Shown here piece by piece: positions 47,940-57,781 of a stretch of DNA of 64,000 nt. The stretch lies in assembly GCA_963831155.1 (NCBI GenBank), contig CAWHOY010000006.1:778987-842986 (forward strand), in the 5' to 3' direction. A model generated the notes under the pieces. That model was not told where the DNA came from, ran no database searches, and was given only the letters and a program-made list of their open reading frames with translations. This DNA comes from an uncultured Acidimicrobiaceae bacterium (GTDB lineage: Bacteria; Actinomycetota; Acidimicrobiia; Acidimicrobiales; Bog-793). The position numbers and the translations under genes are program-made. Within the stretch, counting starts at the first letter, position 1; the number at the start of each line of letters is the position of its first letter.

Positions 47940-48639
47940 CCACGCGTCGCGCTCGCCCGCGCGTGATCGCCTCGTCCTCGCGCTCGACACCGACTCGCTC
48001 GAAGAAGCGCGCCAAGTCGCGCGCTCGTTGCAGCCTTGGTTCAAGACGGTGAAAGTCGGGCTGCAGCTTTTTTCTGCGGTCGGACCTGACGCGGTGCGGC
48101 GTCTTCGCGAAGACGGCTTCGAGGTCTTTGTCGATCTGAAGCTCTACGACATCCCCCAAACTGTGCACCGCGCCGCGGCGGCCATCGCCGGCCTCGGCGC
48201 CGCCTACATGACGGTGCACGCGACGGGGGGCGCCGCGATGCTCGAGGCGGCGGCCGAGGGTCTCGCCGAAGGCGCGGAAAAGCGATCCTCGGGCGCGTCG
48301 ACGATCGGTCTCGCTGTCACGGCGCTGACGAGCGAGGTGCCGCCAGCGTCGCTCGTCGCGGAACGGACCGGCTATGCAAGGAAGGCCGGCTTCGGTGGCG
48401 TCGTCTGCGCTGTCGGCGACCTTGCCACGGTGCGTGCCAGGGCACCCGGGATGCTCACGGTGGTTCCCGGTATCCGCTTCCAGCCCGTCGAGGGGGACGA
48501 CCAGCGGCGAACGGGCACGCCGCAGGAGGCCGTCGCGGCCGGTGCAGACCTGCTCGTCGTCGGCCGACCGGTGACGGGGGCTGCCGATCCGGTTGCCGCG
48601 TCACGGCAGGTGGCGGAGGCCGTCGAGCAGGTGGGATGA
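47932..48639 (+). CDS. pyrF: Orotidine-5'-phosphate decarboxylase
   Basis: GTG 47932. LVLALD...VDLKLYDIPQTV...VGRP motifs. Confidence 0.85.
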   Translation: MVDHASRSPARDRLVLALDTDSLEEARQVARSLQPWFKTVKVGLQLFSAVGPDAVRRLREDGFEVFVDLKLYDIPQTVHRAAAAIAGLGAAYMTVHATGGAAMLEAAAEGLAEGAEKRSSGASTIGLAVTALTSEVPPASLVAERTGYARKAGFGGVVCAVGDLATVRARAPGMLTVVPGIRFQPVEGDDQRRTGTPQEAVAAGADLLVVGRPVTGAADPVAASRQVAEAVEQVG

Positions 48640-48685
48640 ATGGAAATGCTGGTCAGCGGGGGCACCCCGCGCTAGCGTGCTCGAT

Positions 48686-49006
48686 ATGCCCCAACCTCCC
48701 ATGCTGACACCGGAACAGCGCGCGAACGCCCTGGCCAAGGCGGCGCAAGCACGCAAAGCCCGGGCGGAGATCAAGGACCAGCTGAAGAACGGCCACGTCA
48801 CCTTGAAGGGACTGCTCGGCCGGGCAGAGACGGACGACATCGTCGGCAAGATGAAGGTGCTCGCCGTCTTGGAAGCCCTGCCAGGGACCGGCAAGGTGAA
48901 GGCCCGCCGGCTGATGGAACAGGTCGGCATCAGCGAAACCCGACGTCTACAGGGCCTCGGCGCGAAACAACGTGACGCGCTGCTGGAGGCTGTCGGCCGT
49001 CCCTGA
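48686..49006 (+). CDS. mihF: Actinobacterial integration host factor (mIHF/sIHF)
   Basis: 106 aa. LTPEQRANALAKAAQARKARAEIK...LEALPG.GKVKA pattern and conserved position before gmk. Confidence 0.85.
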   Translation: MPQPPMLTPEQRANALAKAAQARKARAEIKDQLKNGHVTLKGLLGRAETDDIVGKMKVLAVLEALPGTGKVKARRLMEQVGISETRRLQGLGAKQRDALLEAVGRP

Positions 49007-49560
49007 TCATCACGGTTTCCGGCCCCGGAGGGGTCGGTAAGGGAACAGTCGTCCGCGAGCTCGTCGCTCGCGACCCCAACCTCGGTCTGTCGCGTTCGTG
49101 GACGACCCGGCCACGCCGTCCGAGCGAGGCGGCTGACGCATACGTCTTCGTCGACCGGCCGACGTTCGAAAAGCGCATCGCCGCAGGCGGATTCCTCGAG
49201 CACGCAGAGATCCTCGGCGAGTGCTACGGCACGCCGATGCCCGATCCCGACGATCCCCGCGACCTCGTCTTGGAGATCGACGTACAGGGCGCCCAACAGG
49301 TGAAAAAGGCGCGCGAGAACGTCGTCTGCGTGCTGCTCGTCGCCCCCTCTGACGAGGAGCAGGTCGCGCGGCTGCGCGCCCGCGGCGACTCGGAGGAAGC
49401 GATCCGCGCCCGGCTCGAGCTCTCCCGCCACGAGGTCGAGGTCGGACGGCGATTCTGTCAGTTCGAGGTTGTAAACGACGACGTCAATCGGGCTGTCGAG
49501 GAGATCGCCGGTATAGTGGCAGCCGCGCGACGCCGCGAAAGCGCGCCGCCGACCGCCTGA
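49003..49560 (+). CDS. gmk: Guanylate kinase (no canonical start; putative CTG start inside a CTGA overlap)
   Basis: P-loop LIITVSGPGGVGKGT and RSWTTRPRRPSE. The reading frame opens at 48976. The first ATG/GTG/TTG is at 49237, 78 codons downstream of the P-loop region, which would remove the P-loop. Confidence 0.8.
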   Translation: MIITVSGPGGVGKGTVVRELVARDPNLGLSRSWTTRPRRPSEAADAYVFVDRPTFEKRIAAGGFLEHAEILGECYGTPMPDPDDPRDLVLEIDVQGAQQVKKARENVVCVLLVAPSDEEQVARLRARGDSEEAIRARLELSRHEVEVGRRFCQFEVVNDDVNRAVEEIAGIVAAARRRESAPPTA

Positions 49561-49607
49561 ACCACGAGGTCGCGAAGCTCGCTCTGTGGCGTCGGTCGAG
49601 CGCGTCC

Positions 49608-49952
49608 TTGACGGAGTGGACTGAAGGAGCGATGACCGAACCCCGCAACACGATGATCGACCCCGAGATCGAGGACCTCCTCGACAAAGTCGATTCGAAA
49701 TTCACCCTGGTGACCTTGTCAGCCAAGCGCGGCCGCCAGATCAACTCGTATTTCAACCAGCTCGGCGAGGGACTCGGCGCGATCGTGCCGCCGCAGGTGA
49801 CCTCCGTCGCCCGCAAGCCGCTCTCGATCGCCCTCGAAGAGATCGCCGCCGACAAGGTGCGCGCCGGCAAGCCGGTCGCCGAGCCGGAGACGCCCGAACT
49901 CGTCGAGGTCGAGGACGTCGTCGAGGCCGACGACGGGCTCGAGAGCTCTTAG
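49608..49952 (+). CDS. rpoZ: RNA polymerase omega subunit
   Basis: SKFTLVTLSAKRGRQINSY motif. TTG 49608 or ATG 49632. Confidence 0.85.
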   Translation: MTEWTEGAMTEPRNTMIDPEIEDLLDKVDSKFTLVTLSAKRGRQINSYFNQLGEGLGAIVPPQVTSVARKPLSIALEEIAADKVRAGKPVAEPETPELVEVEDVVEADDGLESS

Positions 49953-49976
49953 ACGGCCCGATCGGTCGGTCCGCCG

Positions 49977-51200
49977 GTGAGCGACGACCGCGCTTACCAA
50001 GCTGATCTCGCCGCCCTCTTGGGCCGCGTCGTCATCCTCGGCGTCACCGGCGGCATCGCCGCCTACAAGGCCGTCGAGGTCTGCCGCCAACTCGTCGACG
50101 CCGGCGCGACGGTCGTCCCGGTCATGACCGAGGCGGCGACGCGTTTCGTCGGACCGATGACCTTTTCTGCGCTCGCGTCCGAGCCGGCGCGCACCGACCT
50201 GTTCGACGCGCACGACCCGCTCGCGCACACGCGCCTCGCACGTCGCGCCGATCTGATCGTCGTCGCGCCGGCGAGCGCGACGTTTTTGTCCCAAATCGCG
50301 CTCGGACTCGCGCCTGACCTTTTGTCCGCGACCGTGATCGCGTCGAAGGCGCCGCTGCTCGTCGCGCCGGCGATGCACGCCGAGATGTGGACGAACGACT
50401 CCGTGCGCCGCAACGTCGCGACGCTCGTCGCTCATGGTGTGAGGCTCGTTGGACCCGATGAGGGTCGACTCGCCGGCGGAGACGAGGGAACGGGCCGGCT
50501 CTCTGCACCGGAGGTGATCGTCGCCGAGGCGGCGCGAGTGTTGGGTCACGGCGGTGACCTCGCCGGAATCTCGGTCCTCGTCACGGCGGGGGGAACCCGT
50601 GAGCCGATCGACCCGGTCCGGGTGATCACCAACCGTTCGTCCGGCCGGCAGGGCTACGCGATCGCCACCGCGGCACGAAACAGGGGCGCCAAGGTGACGC
50701 TCGTTTCGTCGGCGGAGCTGCCTTCGCCAGACGGTGTGGAGGTCGTCTTCGTCGAGACCGCCGCCGAGCTCGCGAGGGCCGTGTTCGCTCGGTCAGACGG
50801 CGCCGACGTCGTCGTCATGGCGGCCGCCGTCGCCGACTTCCGGCCGAAGGTCGCCGCCACAGAAAAGCTGAAAAAGCGCGAGGGCCTGCCCGAGATCGTC
50901 CTCGAGCCAACCGAGGACGTCCTTTCCGAGCTTTCGCAGCGGCGTCACGGCGGCCAGATCCTCGTCGGCTTCGCCGCCGAGACCGCCGACGCGCGGAACG
51001 AAGGCGAGCGAAAGCTCACAGAAAAGGGCGTTGATCTCCTCGTCGTGAACGACGTCACCCAGCCCGGCGTCGGCTTTTCTCACGAGACGAATGCGGTGAC
51101 GATCCTTGGACGGGACGGATCCGCCTCGGAGGTCGCAAGGGCACCAAAGCCTACGATCGCGGACGCCATCCTCGATGCGGTCGCCGCTTTGCGCGGCTAG
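49977..51200 (+). CDS. coaBC: Bifunctional phosphopantothenoylcysteine decarboxylase / synthetase
   Basis: 407 aa. Flavoprotein N-domain ([12 protein letters not shown]) and DFP C-domain (ITNRSSG). Confidence 0.9.
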   Translation: MSDDRAYQADLAALLGRVVILGVTGGIAAYKAVEVCRQLVDAGATVVPVMTEAATRFVGPMTFSALASEPARTDLFDAHDPLAHTRLARRADLIVVAPASATFLSQIALGLAPDLLSATVIASKAPLLVAPAMHAEMWTNDSVRRNVATLVAHGVRLVGPDEGRLAGGDEGTGRLSAPEVIVAEAARVLGHGGDLAGISVLVTAGGTREPIDPVRVITNRSSGRQGYAIATAARNRGAKVTLVSSAELPSPDGVEVVFVETAAELARAVFARSDGADVVVMAAAVADFRPKVAATEKLKKREGLPEIVLEPTEDVLSELSQRRHGGQILVGFAAETADARNEGERKLTEKGVDLLVVNDVTQPGVGFSHETNAVTILGRDGSASEVARAPKPTIADAILDAVAALRG

Positions 51201-51237
51201 TGACCGGACGAGACGACGAGTTGAGTCAGGGGTTCGA

Positions 51238-52434
51238 GTGAGCACGCACACCTTCACGTCGGAGTCGGTGACCGAGGGCCACCCGGACAAGCTCGCCGAC
51301 CAGATTTCCGACGCGGTGTTGGACGCGATCTTGGAACAGGACCGCAACGGGCGCGTCGCCTGCGAGACGCTGCTCACGACCGGTCTTGTCTGCGTCGCCG
51401 GGGAGATATCGACCACCGGCTACGTCGAGATCCCGCGCATCGTGCGCGACACGGTGTGCGGCGTCGGCTACGACCGCGAGGAGTACGGCTTCGACGGCAA
51501 CACGTGCGGCGTCATCGTCGCGATCGGCGGTCAGTCTGACGACATCGCCGTCGGCGTCGAGACCTCGATCGAAGCCCGCGCCGGCGACACAGACGAGCTC
51601 TCGGCGCAGGGTGCGGGCGACCAGGGGATGATGTTCGGCTTCGCCTGCGACGAAACGCCGGACCTGATGCCGCTGCCGATCTGGTTCGCGCACCTGCTCG
51701 CCAGACGGCTCGCAGAGGTACGCAAGGGCGGTGTCGTTCCGTACCTCCGTCCCGACGGAAAGACGCAGGTTTCGATCCTCTATGACGACGGCCGCCCGGT
51801 CGCACTGAAGACGGTCCTCATCTCGACCCAGCACAAGCCCGGCATCGATGCCGCATCGTTGCTGCAACCGGATCTGGAGGATCACGTTCTCCGCCCATTG
51901 CTCACGCGGCTGCCGACGAGCTTGGACACGAACAACTGGAAGCTGCTCGTCAACCCGACTGGCGTCTTCGAGCTCGGCGGCCCAAGAGCCGATGCGGGGT
52001 TGACGGGGCGCAAGATCATCGTCGACACCTACGGCGGCTCGGCGCATCACGGCGGCGGCGCCTTCTCCGGAAAAGACCCGTCAAAGGTCGATCGCTCGGC
52101 TGCTTACGCGGCGCGCTGGGTCGCGAAGCACATCGTCGCCGCCGGTGCGGCGCGCCGCTGCGAGATTCAGGTCGCCTACGCGATCGGAAGGGCGCGTCCG
52201 ATCTCGATCTCGGTCGAGACCTTCGGGACCGAGGCCTGCGACCCCGAGCGCATCGAAAAGGTGGTCGCGGAGCTGTTCGACTTGCGCCCGGCGGCGATCA
52301 TCGGCGAGCTGCAGCTCCGACGACCGATCTACCGACCCACCGCCGCCTACGGGCACTTCGGACGCAACGACAAAGACTTCACCTGGGAGGCGACCCCGAA
52401 GCTTGACGAGCTCCGCTCGGCGCTCGGGCTGTAA
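51238..52434 (+). CDS. metK: S-adenosylmethionine synthetase
   Basis: GTG 51238. [26 protein letters not shown] and GGGAFSGKD motifs. Confidence 0.95.
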   Translation: MSTHTFTSESVTEGHPDKLADQISDAVLDAILEQDRNGRVACETLLTTGLVCVAGEISTTGYVEIPRIVRDTVCGVGYDREEYGFDGNTCGVIVAIGGQSDDIAVGVETSIEARAGDTDELSAQGAGDQGMMFGFACDETPDLMPLPIWFAHLLARRLAEVRKGGVVPYLRPDGKTQVSILYDDGRPVALKTVLISTQHKPGIDAASLLQPDLEDHVLRPLLTRLPTSLDTNNWKLLVNPTGVFELGGPRADAGLTGRKIIVDTYGGSAHHGGGAFSGKDPSKVDRSAAYAARWVAKHIVAAGAARRCEIQVAYAIGRARPISISVETFGTEACDPERIEKVVAELFDLRPAAIIGELQLRRPIYRPTAAYGHFGRNDKDFTWEATPKLDELRSALGL

Positions 52435-52440
52435 CCGGCC

Positions 52441-54249
52441 TTGAGCACGGGCGAGGACCGCTCGCCCCGCCGGATCGTGGCGGTTGTCCCCGATGTGACG
52501 GGGATCGATCGCAGTTTTTCGTATGCGGTGCCGGCTGCGCTGTCGCAAGCGATCAGCGTCGGATCGATCGTCTGGGTGCCGCTGCAGGGCCGCAAGGTGC
52601 GGGGCTGGGTCGTCCACGAAGGGGGAGACGACCAGGCGTCCGTGCGTGAGCTCGATGCCGTCGTCTCGCTCGGTCCGAGCCAGGACGTCGTCGAACTCTG
52701 CGAGCTCGGCGCCTGGCGCTACGCGGGGAGGCTCCGGCCTTTCTTGCTCGCCTCGTCACCGCCGAGGCTAGTGAATCGATTGGCGCCGAAAAGGCGCGGC
52801 GAAAGACCCTCGCTCGTCGACGAAGCGAACGGCGATGTCGTCTCGCTGGCGAAAGAGGCGCTCTCGCAAAAAGCCTCGGTGCTGCGGATCCCGCCATCTG
52901 GCCCGCGCCTCGACGTCGTCGTCGCGGCGATCGAATTCGCCGCGCCACGCGACGTGCTCGCGCTCGTTCCTGAACTCCACGACGCCGACGTGCTGGCGCG
53001 TCGGTTGAAGCGACTCGGACTCGACGTCGCCCGCTATCCGGACGCGTGGTCCCTCGCCGCGGCGGGTGGTCGCGTCGTCGTCGGGACGCGTAGCGCGGTG
53101 TACGCGTCGATGCCGGATCTCGGCGCCATCGTCGTCATCGACGCGCACTCCGAGTCGTATGCGGAACAACGCGCGCCGACGTGGGACGCGACAACGATCG
53201 CGCGCCTGCGCGCGCAGCGTTCCGGCGTGCCGTGCGTGCTCGTCAGTCCGTGTCCGCCCGTCACGCACCTCAAGGGGGCACGCGTCGTCGCTCCGCCGAG
53301 AAGCTCGGAACGCGCCGGTTGGGCGCGTGTCATCGTCTTCGACCGTCGCGAGGACGACCCGCGATCGGGATTGTTCTCGCCCAAGCTCGCTGAGACGATC
53401 CGCTCCGAGCGGCTGCGCGCTCCTGATCGGCCGTTCATCTGCCTCCTCAATCGCAAAGGTCGGGCGCGCCTTTTGGTGTGCACGCGTTGTGAGGAGATCG
53501 CCCGCTGTGAACGTTGCGGCGCCGCGGTCCACGAACGCCTCGACGAGACGACGCAGACTGGCGAGCTTTTCTGCGAGGTGTGTGGCCTGACGCGTCCCGT
53601 CATCTGTGCGCACTGCTCGTCGACCGTGCTGTCGCGACGCCGTCTCGGCACCGAACGTGTCGCCGAGGAGCTGGCCGCCCTGGTCGGCGAGCGGGTGGCC
53701 GAGGTCACGGGGGATCGCCCAGAGGTCGACCTCGACGGGTCCGGCGTGATCGTCGGGACCGAAGCGGTTCTGCACCGCGTGCGGGTGGCATCGTCGGTCT
53801 GCTTCTTGGACTTCGACCAGGAACTCGTGGCGCCGCGCTTTCGTGCCTACGAAGAGGCGTTCGCTCTGTTGGCCCGGGCGAGTCGGCTCGTCGGCTGGCG
53901 CGGCACGGGTGAAACAGACACCGGCTCGGTGTTCGTGCAGACGCGTCTTCCCGGACACGAGGTCCTCGTCGCGGCGCTGAACGGAGATCCGGCGGCGCTC
54001 GCGAAAAGTGAGATGGCGCGCCGGGTGGCGCTCGGTCTTCCTCCGGCGCGCGCCCTCGCGACGGTCGAGGGCGACGACGAAGGCGCGATTCGGGAAAGCC
54101 TCGTCGAGCACGGGGTCGACGTCGGCGAGCTGCCCGATGGTCGCCTGCTCGCCCGCGCCGCCAGCTCGGCGGATCTCGCCGAGGCGCTCTCGCGGGCTGG
54201 ACTGCCAAAAGAAGGCGTGCGGGTCGTCGTCGATCCCCTGCGGCTTTGA
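52441..54249 (+). CDS. priA: Primosomal protein N' (actinobacterial PriA type)
   Basis: 602 aa. N-terminal 3'-DNA-binding domain pattern (FSYAVP...VPL.GRKV.GWV) and Cys-rich Zn region CTRCEEIARCERCGAAV...CEVCG...CAHC. Confidence 0.8.
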   Translation: MSTGEDRSPRRIVAVVPDVTGIDRSFSYAVPAALSQAISVGSIVWVPLQGRKVRGWVVHEGGDDQASVRELDAVVSLGPSQDVVELCELGAWRYAGRLRPFLLASSPPRLVNRLAPKRRGERPSLVDEANGDVVSLAKEALSQKASVLRIPPSGPRLDVVVAAIEFAAPRDVLALVPELHDADVLARRLKRLGLDVARYPDAWSLAAAGGRVVVGTRSAVYASMPDLGAIVVIDAHSESYAEQRAPTWDATTIARLRAQRSGVPCVLVSPCPPVTHLKGARVVAPPRSSERAGWARVIVFDRREDDPRSGLFSPKLAETIRSERLRAPDRPFICLLNRKGRARLLVCTRCEEIARCERCGAAVHERLDETTQTGELFCEVCGLTRPVICAHCSSTVLSRRRLGTERVAEELAALVGERVAEVTGDRPEVDLDGSGVIVGTEAVLHRVRVASSVCFLDFDQELVAPRFRAYEEAFALLARASRLVGWRGTGETDTGSVFVQTRLPGHEVLVAALNGDPAALAKSEMARRVALGLPPARALATVEGDDEGAIRESLVEHGVDVGELPDGRLLARAASSADLAEALSRAGLPKEGVRVVVDPLRL

Positions 54250-54929
54250 ACCCAAGGCGACCGGGACCGCAACGGCGGCCCTCGCCCGGTGTTCTTACCG
54301 CTGTGGCGACAGCTCCGACCGACGCCCTTTTGGACGACGCGCTCGTCGCGTCGATGATCTCCGACATCGATGCCGGCTTCGCGCGCCTCGTCGAGCACTA
54401 CGCGCCGGTCGTGATCTCGGTCGCCGGTCGGACCTCCGGTCGTGCCGAGGACGCTGAGGACCTCGCCGCCGAGACGTTCTTCCGCGCCTATCGCGCGCTG
54501 CGCTCCTACAGCGAGAAGCGCCTCTCGGAGCTGCGGGTGCGGCCCTGGCTCGTCACGATCACGCTCAACCTGGCCCGCAACTCGGCGCGCGATCGTTCGA
54601 GACGACCACGAGAGAGCACCATCAGCGAAGTAGGCGAGCCGCGTTCGTCGGCGCGCGAGCCGTCGGAGCTCGCGCTCGCCAGTTCCGAAAGAGACGACCT
54701 CGCCGAGCGGCTGTCGGCGTTGTCGGCGAACGAGCGCGCGGCGGTCGTTCTGCGTCATGTCGTCGAGATGCCGGTCGCAGAGATCGCCGAGGTGCTCGGC
54801 TGCAAGGAAGTGACCGCCCGCTCGCACATCGCGCGCGGGCTCGCACATTTGCGAGCCTCGTACGACGACGAGCGGCCGGTCGTGAAACAAACCCGTCGCG
54901 CTCTCGCGGCTCGAGGAGGTGAACGATGA
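54246..54929 (+). CDS. ECF-type sigma-70 family RNA polymerase sigma factor
   Basis: Region 2 (AEDLAAETFFRAYRAL...RPWLVTITLNLARN) and region 4 (LSANERAAVVLRHVVEMPVAEIAEVLGCKEVTARSHIARGLAHLR). TTGA overlap with priA. Confidence 0.85.
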   Translation: MNPRRPGPQRRPSPGVLTAVATAPTDALLDDALVASMISDIDAGFARLVEHYAPVVISVAGRTSGRAEDAEDLAAETFFRAYRALRSYSEKRLSELRVRPWLVTITLNLARNSARDRSRRPRESTISEVGEPRSSAREPSELALASSERDDLAERLSALSANERAAVVLRHVVEMPVAEIAEVLGCKEVTARSHIARGLAHLRASYDDERPVVKQTRRALAARGGER

Positions 54930-55699
54930 GTCCTCATCATGAAGAGGCGCTCGAGGATCGTCTCGGCGCGCTGAAGCTGACGCCGTCGCGCGCCTTTTTC
55001 GAGCGCGTCGTCGCGCACTGGGCGATCGTTCCATCGCCGATCGGTGACGTGTTCGTCTCTTGGACGACAGAGGGGATCTGCGCTGTCGACTCGGCGCGTG
55101 CCGGGACCGACGCCGAAGGTTTTGTCGAGTCGGTGCGCGCCCGACTCGATCGGCCGTTGCTGCGAGCCGGGCAGGCGCCTTCCGGTGTCGCCGCCGCGGC
55201 AAAGAGCGGCAAGGCGACCCAGCTCCGCTTCGATCTACGCGGCCTGACGCCGTTCGAGGCCGACGTGCTGCAGGCGACGCGCCGCATCCCGCCCGGCGAG
55301 ATCCGGCCGTACGCGTGGGTGGCCGCCGAGATCGGCCGGCCGAGGGCAGTGCGCGCCGTCGGGTCAGCGCTCGGTCGCAATCCGGTGCCGATCCTCATCC
55401 CTTGTCACCGCGTCACGCGCTCGGACGGGGCGGTCGGCAACTACGGCGGCGGGCCCGACATGAAAGAAGAGCTCCTGCGACTCGAAAAGGTCAACCTCGA
55501 CGAGGTGATCGAGCTCGCCCGCCACGACATCCACTTCGTCGGCAACACCTCGACGAAGTTCGTCTGCTTTCCTTCGTGTTCGGGGATCCGTCGTTCTAAG
55601 CGCGAGAACCGCGTCGGATTCCGGTCAGTCGGCGACGCCTTACAAGGGGGGTACCGACCGTGCGGCCTTTGCCGCCCGAGCCTGTCGCTTAGCGCCTAA
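54926..55699 (+). CDS. Methylated-DNA-protein-cysteine methyltransferase (Ogt/MGMT) fused to a C-terminal Ada-type zinc methyl-acceptor domain
   Basis: MGMT N-domain plus TPFEADVL...RAVGSALGRNPVPILIPCHRV (active Cys160, nt 55403-55405). The C-terminal FVCFPSCSG...RENRVGF...GYRPCGLCRP reproduces the Ada N-domain C-x3-C...C-x2-C ligand set. ATGA overlap with the sigma gene. Confidence 0.8.
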   Translation: MSPHHEEALEDRLGALKLTPSRAFFERVVAHWAIVPSPIGDVFVSWTTEGICAVDSARAGTDAEGFVESVRARLDRPLLRAGQAPSGVAAAAKSGKATQLRFDLRGLTPFEADVLQATRRIPPGEIRPYAWVAAEIGRPRAVRAVGSALGRNPVPILIPCHRVTRSDGAVGNYGGGPDMKEELLRLEKVNLDEVIELARHDIHFVGNTSTKFVCFPSCSGIRRSKRENRVGFRSVGDALQGGYRPCGLCRPSLSLSA

Positions 55700-55788
55700 A
55701 GGGCGGTTGTTCCCGAGGGGAGTACTTTGTCGGTTCGTCGTCCCGGTGTCGACCCCGCTGTTCGAGAATCCGATGCGACACTTTCGAG

Positions 55789-56673
55789 ATGCGCGTTCAC
55801 TTGCTCGACGGCACCTACGAGCTCTTCCGGCAGTTCTTCGGGCAACCCTCGAGGGCGGCGCTCGACGGCCACGAGATCGGTGCGGCGCGAGGTGTCGTCT
55901 TATCGGTCCTCGTCATGTTGGAAAAGGGCGACACCTACCTCGGCGTCGCCACGGACCATGTCATCGAGTCGTTCCGCAATGATCTGTGGCCCGGGTACAA
56001 GACCGGGGAGGGCGTCGCAGTCGAACTGCGCTCGCAATTCGAGATCCTCGAGGACGCGCTCTCCGCCCTCGGCGTCACCGTATGGCCGATGGTCGAGCTC
56101 GAAGCAGACGACGCCTTGGCGTCGGCCGCTTCAGTCGCTGCGGGCGACTCGAAAGTCGAACAGGTCGTGATCTACACGCCTGACAAGGACCTCGCGCAGT
56201 GCGTCGAAGGTGAGCGCGTCGTGCAGCTCGATCGACGGACGAACACGCTGCGCGACGAGGCGGGCGTCTGGGCGAAGTTCGGCGTGGCGCCGCGCTCGAT
56301 CCCCGATTGGCTGGCGCTCGTTGGGGATTCCGCGGACGGTTTCCCCGGTCTCAAGGGGTGGGGGCCGCGTGCCGCATCGGCCGTGCTCTCGCACTACGGC
56401 GCGCTGGGCAATGTGCCAGACGAGGTCGCCGACTGGGATCCGACGGTTCGAGGCGCGCTGCGCGGCGCGGAACGGCTCGCTGACACGCTTGCGGGTCAGC
56501 GTGAGCTGGCCGAGCTTTTTCGCAATCTCGCGACGCTGCGCGTCGACTCGACGCTGCTGGGCGAGGTCGAGGCACTGCGCTGGCGCGGCCCGACGAAGGA
56601 ATTCGACGAAATCTCCCGGCGGTTTCGCGACCCTTCGCTGGCGGCGCGCGCCGGCGCGCTCGTGCCCGGCTGA
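55789..56673 (+). CDS. 5'-3' exonuclease / flap endonuclease (Pol I N-terminal-domain family)
   Basis: 294 aa. LLDGTYELFR, EADD and the H3TH motif LVGDSADGFPGLKGWG. Confidence 0.85.
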   Translation: MRVHLLDGTYELFRQFFGQPSRAALDGHEIGAARGVVLSVLVMLEKGDTYLGVATDHVIESFRNDLWPGYKTGEGVAVELRSQFEILEDALSALGVTVWPMVELEADDALASAASVAAGDSKVEQVVIYTPDKDLAQCVEGERVVQLDRRTNTLRDEAGVWAKFGVAPRSIPDWLALVGDSADGFPGLKGWGPRAASAVLSHYGALGNVPDEVADWDPTVRGALRGAERLADTLAGQRELAELFRNLATLRVDSTLLGEVEALRWRGPTKEFDEISRRFRDPSLAARAGALVPG

Positions 56674-56680
56674 GAAGCGC

Positions 56681-57742
56681 TCAGCCCGACGTGCCGAAGA
56701 CCTCGCGAAGCTCGCTCGGGACCGGGGTGTCGAGCTGGTCGTAGGTGCACGAGGAGGCGACGCGGTCCGGGCGCCAGCGAGAAAAGGTCGTGGCGTGGCG
56801 GAACCGGTCGCCCTGCAGATGGTCGTAGGCGACCTCGGCGACGAGCTCGGTTCGAAGGGGTTCCCAGCTCAGGTCCTTGCCGGCGCTCCAACGGCTCTGG
56901 CCTCCAGGGATGCGCCCCCCCGCTGCCCCCTCGGCGAGCCAGACGTGATGCACGGCGGCGTTTTTGCGATAGGGCTCGAGCAGCTCGACGAAATCCTTCC
57001 TCCGAGCGGTGCTGAACCCGGAGGCAACCCCGACGTGGTGCAGAAATCCGCCGGCGTCGAACAGGCCAAGCAAAAGTGAGCCGACGCCGCCGCCGTCCTT
57101 GTGCCAGCGGAACCCGCCGACGACACAGTCCGCCATTCGCTCATGTTTCACCTTCTGCATCACGCGCTTGTCGGCTTCGTAAAGCAACGTCGCTGACTTC
57201 ACGATCACCCCGTCGAGCCCTGCTCCCTCGAAGCGGGTGAACCAGTCGCGGGCGACTACCGGACTCGTCGTCACCGGTGTGAGATGGATCGGTGGTTGCG
57301 CGCCCGAAAGCGCCTTTTCAAGGGCGGCCCGCCGCGAGGCGTAGGGCTGGCCGCGCAGATCCTCGTCGTCGAGGGCGAGCACGTCGAAGGCGACGAAAGA
57401 GGCGGGTGTCGTCTCGGAAAGCAGCTTGATCCGCGACGCGGCGGGGTGGATCCGCTGCGAGAGCACGTCGAAGTCGAGGCCGGTCGGCCCGGCGATCACG
57501 ACCTCGCCGTCGAGAACGCAGCGGTCGGGAACGTTCGCCCGCAGAGCTTCGACGAGCTCGGGGAAGTACCTGGTGAGCGGCTTCTCGTTGCGGCTCCCGA
57601 GGATGACGTCTTCGCCGTCGCGAAAGACGATGCACCGGAACCCGTCCCACTTCGGTTCGTAGAACAGGCCCTCTCCTTCGGGCAGGTCACGGGAGAGCTT
57701 GGACAGCATCGGTGCAACGGGCGGAACCACCGGGAGCACCAC
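56681..57742 (-). CDS. ligC: ATP-dependent DNA ligase (LigC-like)
   Basis: 353 aa. Adenylation motif I EPKWDGFR, with later nucleotidyltransferase and OB-domain motifs. Confidence 0.85.
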   Translation of the reverse strand: MVLPVVPPVAPMLSKLSRDLPEGEGLFYEPKWDGFRCIVFRDGEDVILGSRNEKPLTRYFPELVEALRANVPDRCVLDGEVVIAGPTGLDFDVLSQRIHPAASRIKLLSETTPASFVAFDVLALDDEDLRGQPYASRRAALEKALSGAQPPIHLTPVTTSPVVARDWFTRFEGAGLDGVIVKSATLLYEADKRVMQKVKHERMADCVVGGFRWHKDGGGVGSLLLGLFDAGGFLHHVGVASGFSTARRKDFVELLEPYRKNAAVHHVWLAEGAAGGRIPGGQSRWSAGKDLSWEPLRTELVAEVAYDHLQGDRFRHATTFSRWRPDRVASSCTYDQLDTPVPSELREVFGTSG

Positions 57743-57781
57743 CGACTCATCGTAGGTCTGCGGCAGATGACGACTGGCTGG

